A DNA stretch of 64,000 bases, from positions 193,903 to 257,902 of the forward strand of contig JAAOMT010000786.1 in the NCBI GenBank assembly GCA_016748015.1, read 5' to 3'. The translations under genes were made by a program, and so were the position numbers. The notes under the pieces were generated by a model, which saw only the letters and a list, made by a program, of their open reading frames with translations, had not been told where the DNA came from and searched no databases. Positions 37,821 through 50,100 of this stretch are shown here, piece after piece (within the stretch, counting starts at the first letter, position 1; each line of letters starts with the position of its first letter). Source of the DNA: Geosiphon pyriformis uo1 (lineage: Eukaryota > Fungi > Glomeromycota).

Positions 37821-39203
37821 ATGAATATACAAAAATATCAACAACTCCAACATTATATAAATACCCAATTGTTTAAAGAAAAATTATCTCAACAGAAACA
37901 AAAAAGCATAAAACAACAATCAAAATATTTTATCAACCATCAAAATATACTTTACCAGAGAAACAGAAGAAATTCAAATCAACCAACCAGAGTAATTACT
38001 GAACCAGAAAAAAAAACAATACTATTTAACATGCATTCAGATCCAACAGCAGGACATTTTCATAAAGAAGCAACCATGAAAAGAACCAAAAAAAGATACT
38101 ATTGGTCATCAATGTATTCAGACATTATTCAATACATTCAAAGTTGTGATGCTTGTCAAAAAAGAAGTGAAACAAAACTCAGTAAACCATTAAGACCAAT
38201 TAAAGTAAAACAACTATTCGACTGTATTGGAATTGATTTAGTAGAACTATTGACAATCACCAGTAGAGGCAACAGATATATTGCAGTAGCCATGAACTAT
38301 CTTACTAAATGGCCAGAAGCAAAAGCCATTCAAAAAGCAGATGCAGAATCCATTGCCAAATTCATTCATCAAGATTTGATTTGTCAACATGGATGTCCAA
38401 AAGAACTACTATCAGATTAAAGAACCCACTTTGTGAACAGAACATTGACAGAATTAAGTCAAAGATTTGGAATTAAAAGACCATTATCATCACCGTACCA
38501 TTTACAAACAAATAACTTAGTTGAAAGATTTAATAGAACACTGTGTGAAACAATAGCCAAAATTAGCCAAGAAAATCAGGACGAATGGGATTTGTTTATA
38601 CCATCAGTATTATTTGCTTATTAGACAATGAAACAAGATACCACACAAGCAACACCATTTTAATTGATATACGGTAGAACAGCAACATTACCAGTTGAGA
38701 TAAAAGTCAAAACATATTCAACAAAACCAATAACAGAAGATAATTTTCAAGAAACATTGTTGAAAAAAACATATGACTTAATAGAAACACTAGAAAACAG
38801 ACAACAAAAAGCAGCTAATAACATCCAAAAGTCACAAAAAAAGCAAAAAAAACAACACAATAACCAACTATTAGACAAACCAGTTGAATTCATGATTGGA
38901 GACAAAGTACTATTACATCATACCAAAGTGGAAAAACAATGGAGTAGAAAATTTGATCCCAAATGGGACAGACTATTTTACATAGAAGAAATTCTAAGAA
39001 ATAGAGCTTATAAATTAAGATAAGACAACAAAATCTTAGCCAAAGCAGCACATGGTAATAGACTGAAATCATATCACCAGATAGCATCATTATCTACCAA
39101 TAACATTCTACAACTGGGAGTACAAAGAATACTAGTTCAACCAGAGAAGATTCCACAAAATCTGGAACCAATCATAGTTATTGAACCAAACACATCAAAT
39201 TGA
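37821..39203 (+). pseudogene. B integrase (own ATG)
   Basis: HHCC (H..GH..CDACQ), IGIDLV, LLSD, NxLVERFN, and decayed GPF motif KFDPKWDxxFYI. No chromodomain seen. Confidence 0.93.
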
Positions 39204-39257
39204 ACAACCAAAAGAGTATATAAAGACACAGTATACACGACAAAAGCAACCAAAAAA

Positions 39258-39893
39258 ATGGAAATACCAGATCATATTCACATTATAGCTTAACAATTGT
39301 TCTAGACCTTAAGTTAACAATAGTTAGACATAGAAATTGTTATTAATAACCAAATAATTTGCTATTGAAACACCCAAAGAAAGACAAAAAATACACCATA
39401 TTAGTGGCCACCAAAGAATAATAAAAACTGGACAGATAACTTAATAGAAAAAGTGAAGAACACTTTTGGGAAAATATCTATTATGGCACCAACAAAAGAG
39501 CTTACAAAAGAAAATTGGAAGCAATGAGCAGAACAACTTCCAATATCATATTGCTACTACCAGTTAGGTCAAAAGTTGAATATTTAGGAGTTGTATATCG
39601 ACAAATCCAAGAGAATATTCAATTAAGACATAATACAACAAATTGAAGAATTTATCGAAAAGAAAATGAATTCAACACTACATGTTAAAACAATGTACCA
39701 ACTACACAATATATTTTGGAACTATCCAGAAATACTGTTACACTTAAACATGGAAACTATAACCATTAACCAATGGGGAAGAATGAACAATACACAAATA
39801 AAAGATATAAAAAACAGAGTCGAACAAACAATACTTGAAAAAAAAGTATTAGAATTAATTCAAAATGAAGATTTTGACAGAGCTTAATATTAA
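39258..39893 (+). pseudogene. B ORF3, ~210-aa protein of unknown function
   Basis: MEIPDHIHIIA(Q)QL...YCYYQLGQKL...DFDxA(Q)Y*. Homologous to the same-position ORFs in G, H, F and E. Confidence 0.8.
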
Positions 39894-39907
39894 AAAAGAG
39901 GAGATAA
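39892..39907 (+). promoter_or_regulatory. Polypurine tract of B
   Basis: AAAAAAGAGGAGATAA immediately before the 3' LTR. Confidence 0.85.
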
Positions 39908-40722
39908 TGTTATTCATAAAAAAGAAAACAAATATAGAAAAATAGTAGACTAATAAGAGAATAGTAGTTAGCACATGAGCACATTGCTCAGCAATGTGAA
40001 GCAATATCAGAAATCACAGCACATTGCTCAGCAATATGAGCATTGTTTAAGAAATTATAGTATATCACTCAAGAATATGAGCAATCTCGTAGAACCCAAA
40101 TTATGTATATATAGTGGTAGCATTAGAAGTAGAAAAGACAGATCTTTCAGTTTAAATTTTATCTAAGCCATCTTCTAATCCACAAATATCAATAAATAAT
40201 TATTCTTTATTTTCAATTTACTCTCTACTATCAACACTTTATGTTAATAGTCATTAACACTTAACTACTCTGGAATAATAGCTCTTGATCATGGCTATTA
40301 ATGGAATACTAACTTATGTATTGCCTTGGCTTATTTCTTTATTTCTTTTTATTTTTTCTTTTCTTTGATTTTATTATTGCATACTAATTGATTAAAGATT
40401 AAAGTGCTAAGTTATTGATGTCATGGATAGCCTGGTAAAAGACCCAGAAATAAGGGTAAAATCATATATATATTAATGGATAGCTTACTAAAAGAGCATG
40501 ACTGTCAGAATAAACTGGCCACCATGCTAAAAACAGAAATTGGGAAAACAACTTACCAACCAACTATATTGTCATTGAATCTCTGTTTATTATACAAAAG
40601 ACTCAACTCTAAAAACCTTCAAATACACCCCATATACCAATATTATCAGCATTATCAAGATATTGAGCACCAAGTTATGGATTTGTTATTTGATTTGAGA
40701 CCCCAAATAATCATCTGTAACA
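39908..40722 (+). repeat. 3' LTR of B
   Basis: Direct repeat of 30717-31493, with an additional U3 repeat unit. Confidence 0.96.
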
Positions 40723-41422
40723 ATGAATAGCAAGGGAAAACAGAATTGTAGAGTGATAGAAATAATCAAAGGGAATTTAACTTTAAAGAGTGAATTGAAT
40801 AAGTATAGATTCAATATGCAAAATTAGTCCCATAAAATATCTCTGTTGCTATTCTTTCAAAAGAAAACCAGAAAATCTAAAGATAGAGGGATAGTTTGTA
40901 CTGTTAACAAATAATCATGTCTGGTATAATTTTATGTCTCATATTGGCACTCTTAGAATTCAATATCAGATATCAAATATACTCTTTAGTCATGTTTTAT
41001 TCAATAATTTTCAAATGCTATAATTACACATTTTAGGAAAAAAGTAAGGAATAACTAACAAGTAATCTTTTATCTTAAGATGTTTAAATACTTGAAGGTA
41101 GGAAAAGGGAATTAGTGATAAAAGAATAATTGAGATGAAAGTTGTTATTTTATTTATTTTATTTCCTTTTATTCTTATATGCTTTTCTACAGCTAAGTAA
41201 TTCATTGCTTATATAACTATTAAAAGTGGTCAATGATTAGGTCAACAACTAGGTCAATGATCTGGTTATTGATCAAGTTAACAGTCAAGTCAATGATCAA
41301 GTCAATGGTCAAGTCATTGATCAGGTCAATAATTACTTTCTAAAAATAGAATGGCTAATTATATGACATTAGTAGTTAATACATGTAATAATTAATAAGA
41401 AGTATAAGTTTCAACTGTAATA
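40723..41422 (-). repeat. Main part of the 3' LTR of F
   Basis: Reverse complement of the C LTR 20700-21430; PPT-like TTTAGAGAGAATGA at 41423-41436. Confidence 0.9.
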
Positions 41423-41429
41423 TCATTCT

Positions 41430-42065
41430 CTCTAAAAAATTAAGCTCTGGCAAAATCAAGTTATTCATAGTGTAATCTATTTAAAGAGTTTTATCTAACT
41501 CAAAGCTAACTTGTTTGTTGAAGTCTTTTGTAAATAGGGTATATAATACTTGAGATGAAATGAGTTTTGTATTCAAGAGACCAAATCTTTGTATTAGAGT
41601 TTTGGTTTTTTTAGCAATAATTAAAACTCTTGGGACATCTAACTATATAATACCCAAAATTTCTGCCTGTATCTCTGAAGTTGTTTTTTTCATGAGTTTC
41701 ATATCCTCTATAAGTTTCATATTCTCTATGATTTTACCAAAGTGATTATAGAGTTCTAATTGCCTTCCATATGACAAGTTTTTGTCTATGAGTAAAATTT
41801 TTTGGAGTGTTTTTCCAATTGTGCTAGAAGGTAAGAGTATAGCTGCTGTTATACTTTTTAACAAATATTTATCCATTTTGCTACCAATTTTTTCTCTTTT
41901 TGTAATAGTTTTCTTTGGTCTGATAACAGTATGTGTTCTATTGTTATCAGTTATAATGGTTTGTTTTCCAATAATCAAAATAATATTTGGATAGTTTTTG
42001 ATCCAATACTTATGGAGAATATAGAAGGCATTTTAAATGTTTTGATCCAGAAAATAATTATTCAT
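41430..42065 (-). pseudogene. F ORF3 (unknown function)
   Basis: ORF 41643-41978 (LYNHFGKI) plus C-terminal DFARA*; same position as the other ORF3s. Confidence 0.65.
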
Positions 42066-42112
42066 GTCGATTAAAGATACTTCTGTTTTGGGAATGATGC
42101 ATTTATTTATAC

Positions 42113-43419
42113 TTAATTTTTGTTGATCATTTGGGTTGGTATTACCACAACAGGCAACCAATCAGGTCATTTATAATATTTCTTGAGTTGTATATTATAA
42201 ACAAGACGATTATTGAAGATTGTTCTGGATTGATTTTGAAGAATATAAGAACCATTGTTCAAAACTTTGTTAATTATAAAGAGTTCTTTTTATCAGCTAG
42301 AGAATTTATTACCATAAACATTGTTTTTGTCTGAATAGTATTCTAATACCAAGTTACCAACACTTAAAGAAAGTGTTTTATAGGTTTTCTTTCTTTTAAG
42401 CTTTTTTTAGAACTGTTTTATCTTTTCAAAAGCAATTATTTGTGCTTTTATCAAGGAGTCAAGAATGATACCAAGTTTTCTTTGCAAAATGTCTTTGTAA
42501 TTTTCTATTGTGATCTTTTCAAAAGGTATTGTTTCAATATTAGTTTCTATTGATAGTATTGTCATGTATCTATAGAGCAGATAAAAAGGTTTATAACTTG
42601 TTATATTATGATTCACAGTTCTATAAGCAAACAAAACTGAAAACAGTACTTTGTCTCATAAGTTTGTTTTTTCACTGGTTTTGGTTAGGGTTTTACATAA
42701 TGTTCTATTAAAATGTTTTACTAGGCCATTTGTTTGAGGGTAATAAGGGGAGAAAAATTTATGACATATTTCCATTTTTCTACAAAGTTCTTTAACCAGT
42801 GTACTGAGAAAAGCTTTTCCTTTATCAAATAAAAGTTCTTTGGGGCAGCCATAATGGCAGATAATATTTTTATAAATGAAATTGGCTATTGAGACTGCTG
42901 TTTGATCTGGAGTGGCTCTTGCTTCTACTCATTTTGTAAGATAGTCAGTAGCTGTAATAATATATCTGTTGCCATCAGGAATTATTGTTAAGATCCAACA
43001 ACATCTATACCAATTCTGTCAAATGCTTGACTTACAGAGATTAGATGAATATCTTCTTTGCAATTGGGTTTGTCTCTTCTTTGGCAGATGTTACAGGTTT
43101 TAATATATTCAGCAATGTTTTTTTCCAAAGTAGGCCAATAATAGCAAGCTAAGATTTTCTGAATTGTTTTTGTTTTTCCAAAGTGTTTAGCTAATAGATT
43201 AGTATGCATGTTGTATATTACAATTTCTCTTTTTTCAAATCTGATGACTCTTTGGGGGTGGTCAGGGTCTTTTCTGTTTCTTTTATATAATTGGTTCTGG
43301 TGAATCAAATAGAAATTTGATTGTTTGTGCAAATGTTTTTTTTGCTGTCAAGTGTATTCTGGTGGGTATTGTCTTTTACCCAAAAATTCTATTAAAGCAG
43401 AGTAGTTGTCCAAGTCCAT
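42113..43419 (-). pseudogene. F integrase (own ATG at 43419)
   Basis: H..KH..CNICQ, FDRIGIDVV, FAYRT. Confidence 0.9.
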
Positions 43420-43997
43420 TATTGTGTTTATTTGTGAAGAAGTTACTAATAATTAAGTTGGTTTGGTTTGAGAGATTGTACTGTCACTGGATGATAAGTC
43501 TAGAGAGAACATCAGCATTTTGATGATTTGCTTCTTTGCAGTGTTGAATATTATAATCGAAATCATCCAAGTGGAGTATCCAGCGAGTTATTTGTTTGTA
43601 TTCTAGCTTTTTTTATTGTGCAGCTAAACCAAGGCTTAATGATCTGTTACCACTAAGAATTTTGCACCAAGAAGATATTGATCTCAGTAACTAATAGCCC
43701 AAACTACTGCTAAGCATTTCTGTTCAATAACTAAATAGTTTTTTTTTGCTGATATAAAGGATCTACTGGCATATGCTATGGCATGTTTTCTGCCATTTTT
43801 ATCTTTCTGTGAAAAGACAGCACCAAGTTTATAGTCAGATGTATCAGTATGGAAAATGAAAAATTGGTCCAGATTAGGTTGCTTGAGAATTGGCTTAGTA
43901 ACAAGTTTTTTTTTTAGAATTTCAAAAGCTTTTTGTTAATAAGTGCCTCAATAATAATTAACATTTTTCTTGAATAGCTGATTGAGAGAAAAAGTGA

Positions 43998-44908
43998 TGT
44001 TATCCAAGTAGAAAAACCAAAAAGCTATGGAAAAATGTGACAAAGAAACATGACAAGAAAAACATAGTACAACTCGAGGTAACACAGAACAAACACAAGC
44101 AATAGCTAGCAATAACAAGTAATAGCTAGCAATAACAAGCAATAGCTAGGAATAGTGAAGCAATTGAAAGCAATTCTGTAAAACCAAAAGAATGTATAAA
44201 AGCAAGTAGCTATAGAAGTTAAAAAAAGACATTCAGAGAGAAAATTAGACTTTTAGAAGTCAATTAGACTCTCAGAGTCAATTAGACTTACAGGCCATAA
44301 TTATTAAATACTCTTCTTTTAAAGGATAGTTGCTATTAACTAAAATAGAATTATATTAATAAAATATCTCTTTAATTCTTTAAATCCATGTTATTATCTA
44401 CTACTTAATCTGCTGGCACAATAGCTCTTGATCACGACTATTAATAGGACACTTATTTCTTATTTTATTTTCTTTATTTCTTTATTTTTCTTTTATTTTC
44501 TTTTATTTTTTTTATTTTTTTTATTTTTCTCTTGTGGAGCAGCAATATAAGAAAATCAACTGTCTGAGAATAGACTTCGTAATAGCCTGGTAAAAAAAGA
44601 AAGCTTTTTCTAAGTTTTTGGATATTAACATTATCTTGATAGCTTACCAGAAGGGCGAAAAGACAACACCAGACCCTAATGACTGTGCTTGTTAGCTTGG
44701 AAAAGAAAGCTTACCATTATAAGAAGTTGCAATCAGTGAAAACCAAAACTCTATGCCTTATAACCAAAGAACTCAATAAGTAAATTTTTATTCAGAAAAA
44801 ACCTTCAGAGACTGATAAACATCAACCCTGTGAAAAACATACAACCTTAAAATACTAAATTAGAGCACTAAATATTACCATCATACCCTATCAAGTTTAC
44901 CTGTAACA
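43998..44908 (+). mobile_element. Solo LTR, family E, in F pol
   Basis: TGTTATCC...CCTGTAACA. TSD GTGA/GCAA (inferred ancestral GCGA). Excision restores KFIKDFSKIA..LNQL. Confidence 0.93.
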
Positions 44909-45085
44909 GCAATTTTGGAGAAATCCTTGATAAATTTACGATAGTAAGAGGCCAAACCAAAAAAAGAGCATAGTTCAGAAACATTCATTGGTTGTCTAAT
45001 ATTTTGAACTTTTTCAATTTTAGCTGGATCAGAGAAGATTCTATCTTTTGTAATAAGATAACCAAAAAACTAGGTGGATTGGCAT

Positions 45086-45947
45086 TGTTACAAGTAATTA
45101 TTTGGAGTCTCAAATTAAATAACAAATCCATAACTTGGTGCTTAGAAGCTATTTACAATAATGATAATGCTAATAATGATCTAAAGGTTTTGGTAAAGTC
45201 CTTTGTATAATAAACAGAGATTTAATAATTGTTTTCAGTAGTCTCCCAAAATCACAATTTCGTTGAATTTTTTTCTCAGCATAATGGTCAGTAATTCTCT
45301 TAGTAATCTATTTTCAAATTTATGAGTGTTCTACTCTTGTTTCACAGGTCTTTTACCAGTCCCTATGACATCTGTATCTTAGTGTTTAATCTTTAATCAA
45401 TTAGTAAACACAATGAAAATAAAAAAAGATAATAAAAAAAATAAAAAAAGATAAAGAAAATAAGTCAAGGCATTTGCAAGTTAGTATCCCATTAATAGTT
45501 GTGATCAAGAACTATTGTTCCAGTGTTGTTAAGTATCAATTGCTATCAACATAAAGTGTTAATAGTGAAGAGTGGATTGAGATAGTGAATAATTATTTAT
45601 TGATATTTGTGTATAGAAAAGTTGCTTAGATCAAATCTAAACAGAAAGGTCTTTAACTAAAAAATTCTGCTTTTTCTCCTTCTAATACTACTGCTATATA
45701 TACATTATTGAGATTTCTCAATTCTTCAATTCCTTACACCAGGAATCCTGAAATTCCTGAAATTCTGCAATTTTTCTTAAGAAAAATTCTGGAATTCTGG
45801 AATCCTGCGATTTCTTGTATGAGAATTCTAAAATTCTTGGAATCCTGTAATTTCTCTAAAAGAAATTCTGGAATTCTACATTTACTACAGTTATCTCTGA
45901 TTGGCTAATTTATATGTTAATATACTTTCTATATTTTATGAGTAACA
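45086..45947 (-). mobile_element. Solo LTR D2 in F RT
   Basis: TGTTACAAG...GAGTAACA; perfect TSD GCAT; colinear with 21860-22693. Confidence 0.95.
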
Positions 45948-46183
45948 GCATTCAAAGAAAGATTTGATTGGGTTGATTTTAAGATCAGCATTTCTGAGCA
46001 GATTAAAAATCTTTTGCAAATGTTCAAGGTATTCATCCCAGGTTTTTGAGTAGACTATTATGTTGTCTAAGTAAACTAGAACAAAGTTTTCTTTTACTGA
46101 TTTAAATACTTTGTTCATTAGGCATTAGAAGGTAGAAGAGATATTGATGAGACCAAAAGGCATGACTGTAAATTCATAAATGC

Positions 46184-47056
46184 TATTATGGTTTAAGAAT
46201 TTAGCAAAAGAATCATAAAAATAATACAAACTATTCAATCATAATATAGTGCAGTAATAATTTTAGAAAGGTAATGATTAACATAGTAGCAAACACCATC
46301 TCGCAATAATGGCAAGCATCAGTTCACAATAACAGCCAACACCAACTGGTAATAGCAGCAAACACCAGGTTGAAATATCAAAAAAAAGTATTACAATGTG
46401 TTTTCTTGTAGAACTACAAACATGTATATATACAGTAGCTTTAATATTGGGAAAAGACAATCAAGTAATAAAAATCATAACTTATCAAGCAATAGATCCA
46501 ATTTTATCCAACAAACTTCACTTTAAATCATACTTTCAAATTAAATATCTCAAGAAACCTTTAAATCAAAAAGAAATAAAAAAGAATATTTAAAACTGAA
46601 TTATTACAACCCAAAGTATTAAGAAACTTACTTGTATTATTTATTGAATGAAACTATCATTCATTAGCTAAATTCCTTGGAAGAATAATTCTTGATCAAG
46701 ATTATTTACGTTGTTACTAATTGATAAAAGCTTTATTGTAAGAATTAGGAAAAGCGCTAAAGACCATTAACATTCTGTGTTTCTAGATTAGAGAAACACA
46801 TTAGGCAATTGCAAGGATAGCCTCAGAGAAGACTCCAGACAGTGAGTAGATTTCAGTTCAGCCTTTAAGAAAGAGTACATAAATACACACAACAATTAGG
46901 AATTAAGAAATAACTTACATCGCAACATTAAAAAGAAAGCCTTCAGTATAACAGTGACATTATCACACAAATAGAATTGAGGAACTCACGAAAGACTGAT
47001 TGCAATTAAAACGGGATATCAGCAATTAAATATAACAAAAAGATTATTCCGTAACA
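46184..47056 (+). repeat. 5' LTR of G
   Basis: 46356-47056 is directly repeated at 54766-55467; ends GTAACA. Confidence 0.95.
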
Positions 47057-47058
47057 TT

Positions 47059-47075
47059 TGGTGAACCCTACAAGG
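47059..47075 (+). promoter_or_regulatory. Primer-binding site of G
   Basis: TGGTGAACCCTACAAGG, 2 nt after the LTR; tRNA not assigned. Confidence 0.8.
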
Positions 47076-47138
47076 AAAGAAAATCAAAAAGAAAATAATA
47101 ATTAGCAATAATTCATTGCTAAAAAGGAAGAGACAAAA

Positions 47139-50100
47139 GTGGCAACAAAAACTTCTAACCTTACTGTTCTTGAATTCTGCTGTGCTATTTACACACAAAA
47201 TCAAAGTGATCTTGGATTATCAGAAGAGTGTTGTCTAGCAGAATCTGCTCTCACTTATTATATTAATGCCAGAATAAATTATCATATAGGAAAGGAAGAA
47301 GAATCACACAACACAAAACTTGGATTGTATAAAGAATTATCACAATACACTACAAAAGAAATAGCAGTAATAGCCACAACTATTGTCAAAATCCATTGAG
47401 AAATTGAGCAATACGCTAATAAATATTTTCCAATATCCACAGAAAACACTAGGGAATGCGCCAACAAAACCAAAGAAAATTCAGAAACTAATCAAGAAAG
47501 TAACCAGCAAAAACTAAGAACACCTGCTCAAACACCAAAGAAAACTGTTACTCAATCAATAAGAAACAATGTATTTATTCACCAGAAGATAAATCATACC
47601 ATTTTTCACCAGAAAATAAGATACAAATTCCATTAGAAGCTGCATCATCATCAACATCAACTCCACAAATGCCAAAAACTCCTAGTTATACTGATAAAAT
47701 TAAACAACGTAACTGGGGAGACATACCAATTACAAGAGAATATTCATCACTATTCTAAAATCCTCTTTTTCAGCCAAAATTCGGAATGAGGTTTGAAAAC
47801 TGTAAAGAGGAGTCTAAATCAGAATTCGAAAAAATGACCAGCAAAAAAACAATCACAAGACCAGTCATTGAAACAAGCAGCCAGTCCAGAAACCAAGAAA
47901 CTTGTGATCAAGAGGAAGAACCAGATATAAAGAAAGCCACCTTCAGGAACACTCAAGAAAATATCATCCCACTTCCTCTTAGACCAATAAGCTCACTAGC
48001 AGAAAACAGCGACAAAATGGCCACATCATACATTGCAAGACTAACAGATTTTTTAGGAGAGGAAGAAGAAACGGACATGCACACATGGCTTAGAGAAGCA
48101 CAAAAAGCCATCCAGACAAATAACTGGAATGACCAAAGAGCAATTTAAACATTATCTTTTTTTCTAAAAGGCACAGCCAACTTGTGGTATCAAAGCCTAG
48201 AAACAAAACCCACGAGCTTTGCCGAATTTAAAAATGCACTCCTGGAGTATTTTAGCAACCCAAATGCCATAATCCAACTACAGAATGAATTCAATACTAT
48301 CAAGCAAAATACTAGTGAAACTGTCACCCAATATCTTGCTCGATTCAATTGAATTCACTGTCAAATTGAAGCAATTGAACAAAAATACTACACTGATCCT
48401 CAAGTTTTAAATCAGTTTATTAGAGAATTAAAAAACAGCATTTTAGAAAGAATACACCCTGCCTACCCTAATTTCTTACCAGAAGCCATTATGCTCACCA
48501 GAGCCCTTAAATCAGCTGAGAAAGAAGCTAACCATAGTCAAATAGTTAACATGGTAATAGAGAAAAATAAGACAGAAACATTAGAGAAAAGAGTAATGCA
48601 ATTAGGAGAAGAACTCTCTAAAAAAATAGAAAGTTACCTAATCCCAGATCTGAGAAGAAATACATACCAACCACCCCAAAGATGCAGCCAGGAAGTCAGC
48701 AACAGTTGAAATAATTGCTTGTTGCACCAGGAATTCAGAATAGAAACACGTGCCTGCTATTTTTGCAAATGTGTAGGACATTTGATTAGTCAATGTCAAA
48801 TGCAAATGATGCAGGAAACACATGAAAATAATTACTATGTGTCACCCCAAATACCCAGAAACCAGTACACACCAATACCATGCCAATATCCCACCATGTA
48901 TTAAAATCAAAGAACTTACCAGCAACAGCCCATAATAACCAACCCGTATTGGCATCCTGAGGCCCAAAATCAGCCCATATAGAACCAGAATGCATTGGTC
49001 CAGAGAAATCCAAACCACACTAGAACCAATCAGCAAACCAATTCAAACTACCAAAATTATCAACAAACTTACTTTAATATACTGGAAAATCCAATCATTA
49101 GAAACAATGATGGTAGAAACATAAACAGAACCAAAAATTTCTCCAACAAATTGAGCCAGACAATACTACCAGCAGTTGTCACCAAAGATAGCAGTCTTAC
49201 AGCTATTTTTTCTTTTGAATTAGAGGAAAACAAGACTATGTTCAGTGAAGCAGAATTGGATGAAAAATGCCCAATCACTGCTATATATACAGAAGCCACT
49301 GTAAACAATACCCCAATCAAACTTATCTTAGACAGTAGATCCACTAGAAGCATTATAATGCTTCAACTAGTAAACCAACTAGATTTTAAAGTTGATCGTG
49401 CTGCGATGTCCTAAATTATAACAGCCAATGGAAGTACAAAGCTGCCTTATAGCAAAATTGACTCATTTCCTTTTGAAATTAATGGCATAGTAATACCTAC
49501 AAAAGTATTAGTAATGGATGTTACACAATATCAAGCATAAATAGGGAATGACTGGTTAACAAAAGCCAATGCCATTCTAAACTGGATCACCCAAGAGCTT
49601 CTGATCAATTATAATGGCCACCAGGCCAGAATTCCAGCCACCTGTGGCTACTTTCAAAAACCCAGCGCCAATTAAAGACCTACCTTCGAATTTAAGAAAA
49701 ATCCAGCACTACCAGCCATTAAAACCTATCAGCTCTCTTAGACTAATGACCAAAGAACAAGACTACCAGTCATATCAACATGGACCAGCAAAGAAAGATC
49801 CGAATAGAACCAAGTAAGTCCACAAAGAAACCACCAGCAACACAGACCAAAGCTAGAATGCTCGGTTTGCAAGAAGAAACTCTCGTTTATAACTGTGTGC
49901 AGCACACCAGACAAAGACCCAAGAAACTCCACCCACTACTATTGTAACCATTGTAACAAAGAAAAATACAGTTACCCAGAAAAACACAGAAAATAGAATA
50001 AGAAACTGTGCCTTGCTTGTGGAGAACTGTTACCAAGAGAGTGCAACTGGAACGACATACCAGGCAGAGGAGGAATGTGTGATGCAACTTGCCAATACAC

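Larger units (their letters stand above)
30717..40722 (+). mobile_element. Full-length Gypsy element B (dUTPase-bearing), inserted in the 3' LTR of F
   Basis: LTRs 30717-31493 and 39908-40722 (TGTTA...TAACA), PBS, PPT, gag-pro-dUTPase-RT-RH, IN, ORF3. Degenerate TSD ACAG/ATGA (inferred ancestral ACGG). Confidence 0.96.

Noticed and set aside
30713-40726. Element B as a recombinant chimera (flanks ACAG vs ATGA; LTR lengths differ)
   Set aside because: Both flanks are contiguous parts of the F 3' LTR and resolve to one ACGG target; the length difference is mostly a U3 repeat unit.
44790-44845. Hammerhead-like CTGATAA-ACA..TGT-GAAA in the solo E LTR
   Set aside because: Needs several back-mutations, has no convincing stems I/III, and is not retained in the other E LTR (~28000) or in the B/D LTRs.
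46396-46593. Small ORF repeated in both G LTRs (and 40476-40730 in the B LTR)
   Set aside because: Similarity is explained by LTR duplication; no motifs and no conservation across families.
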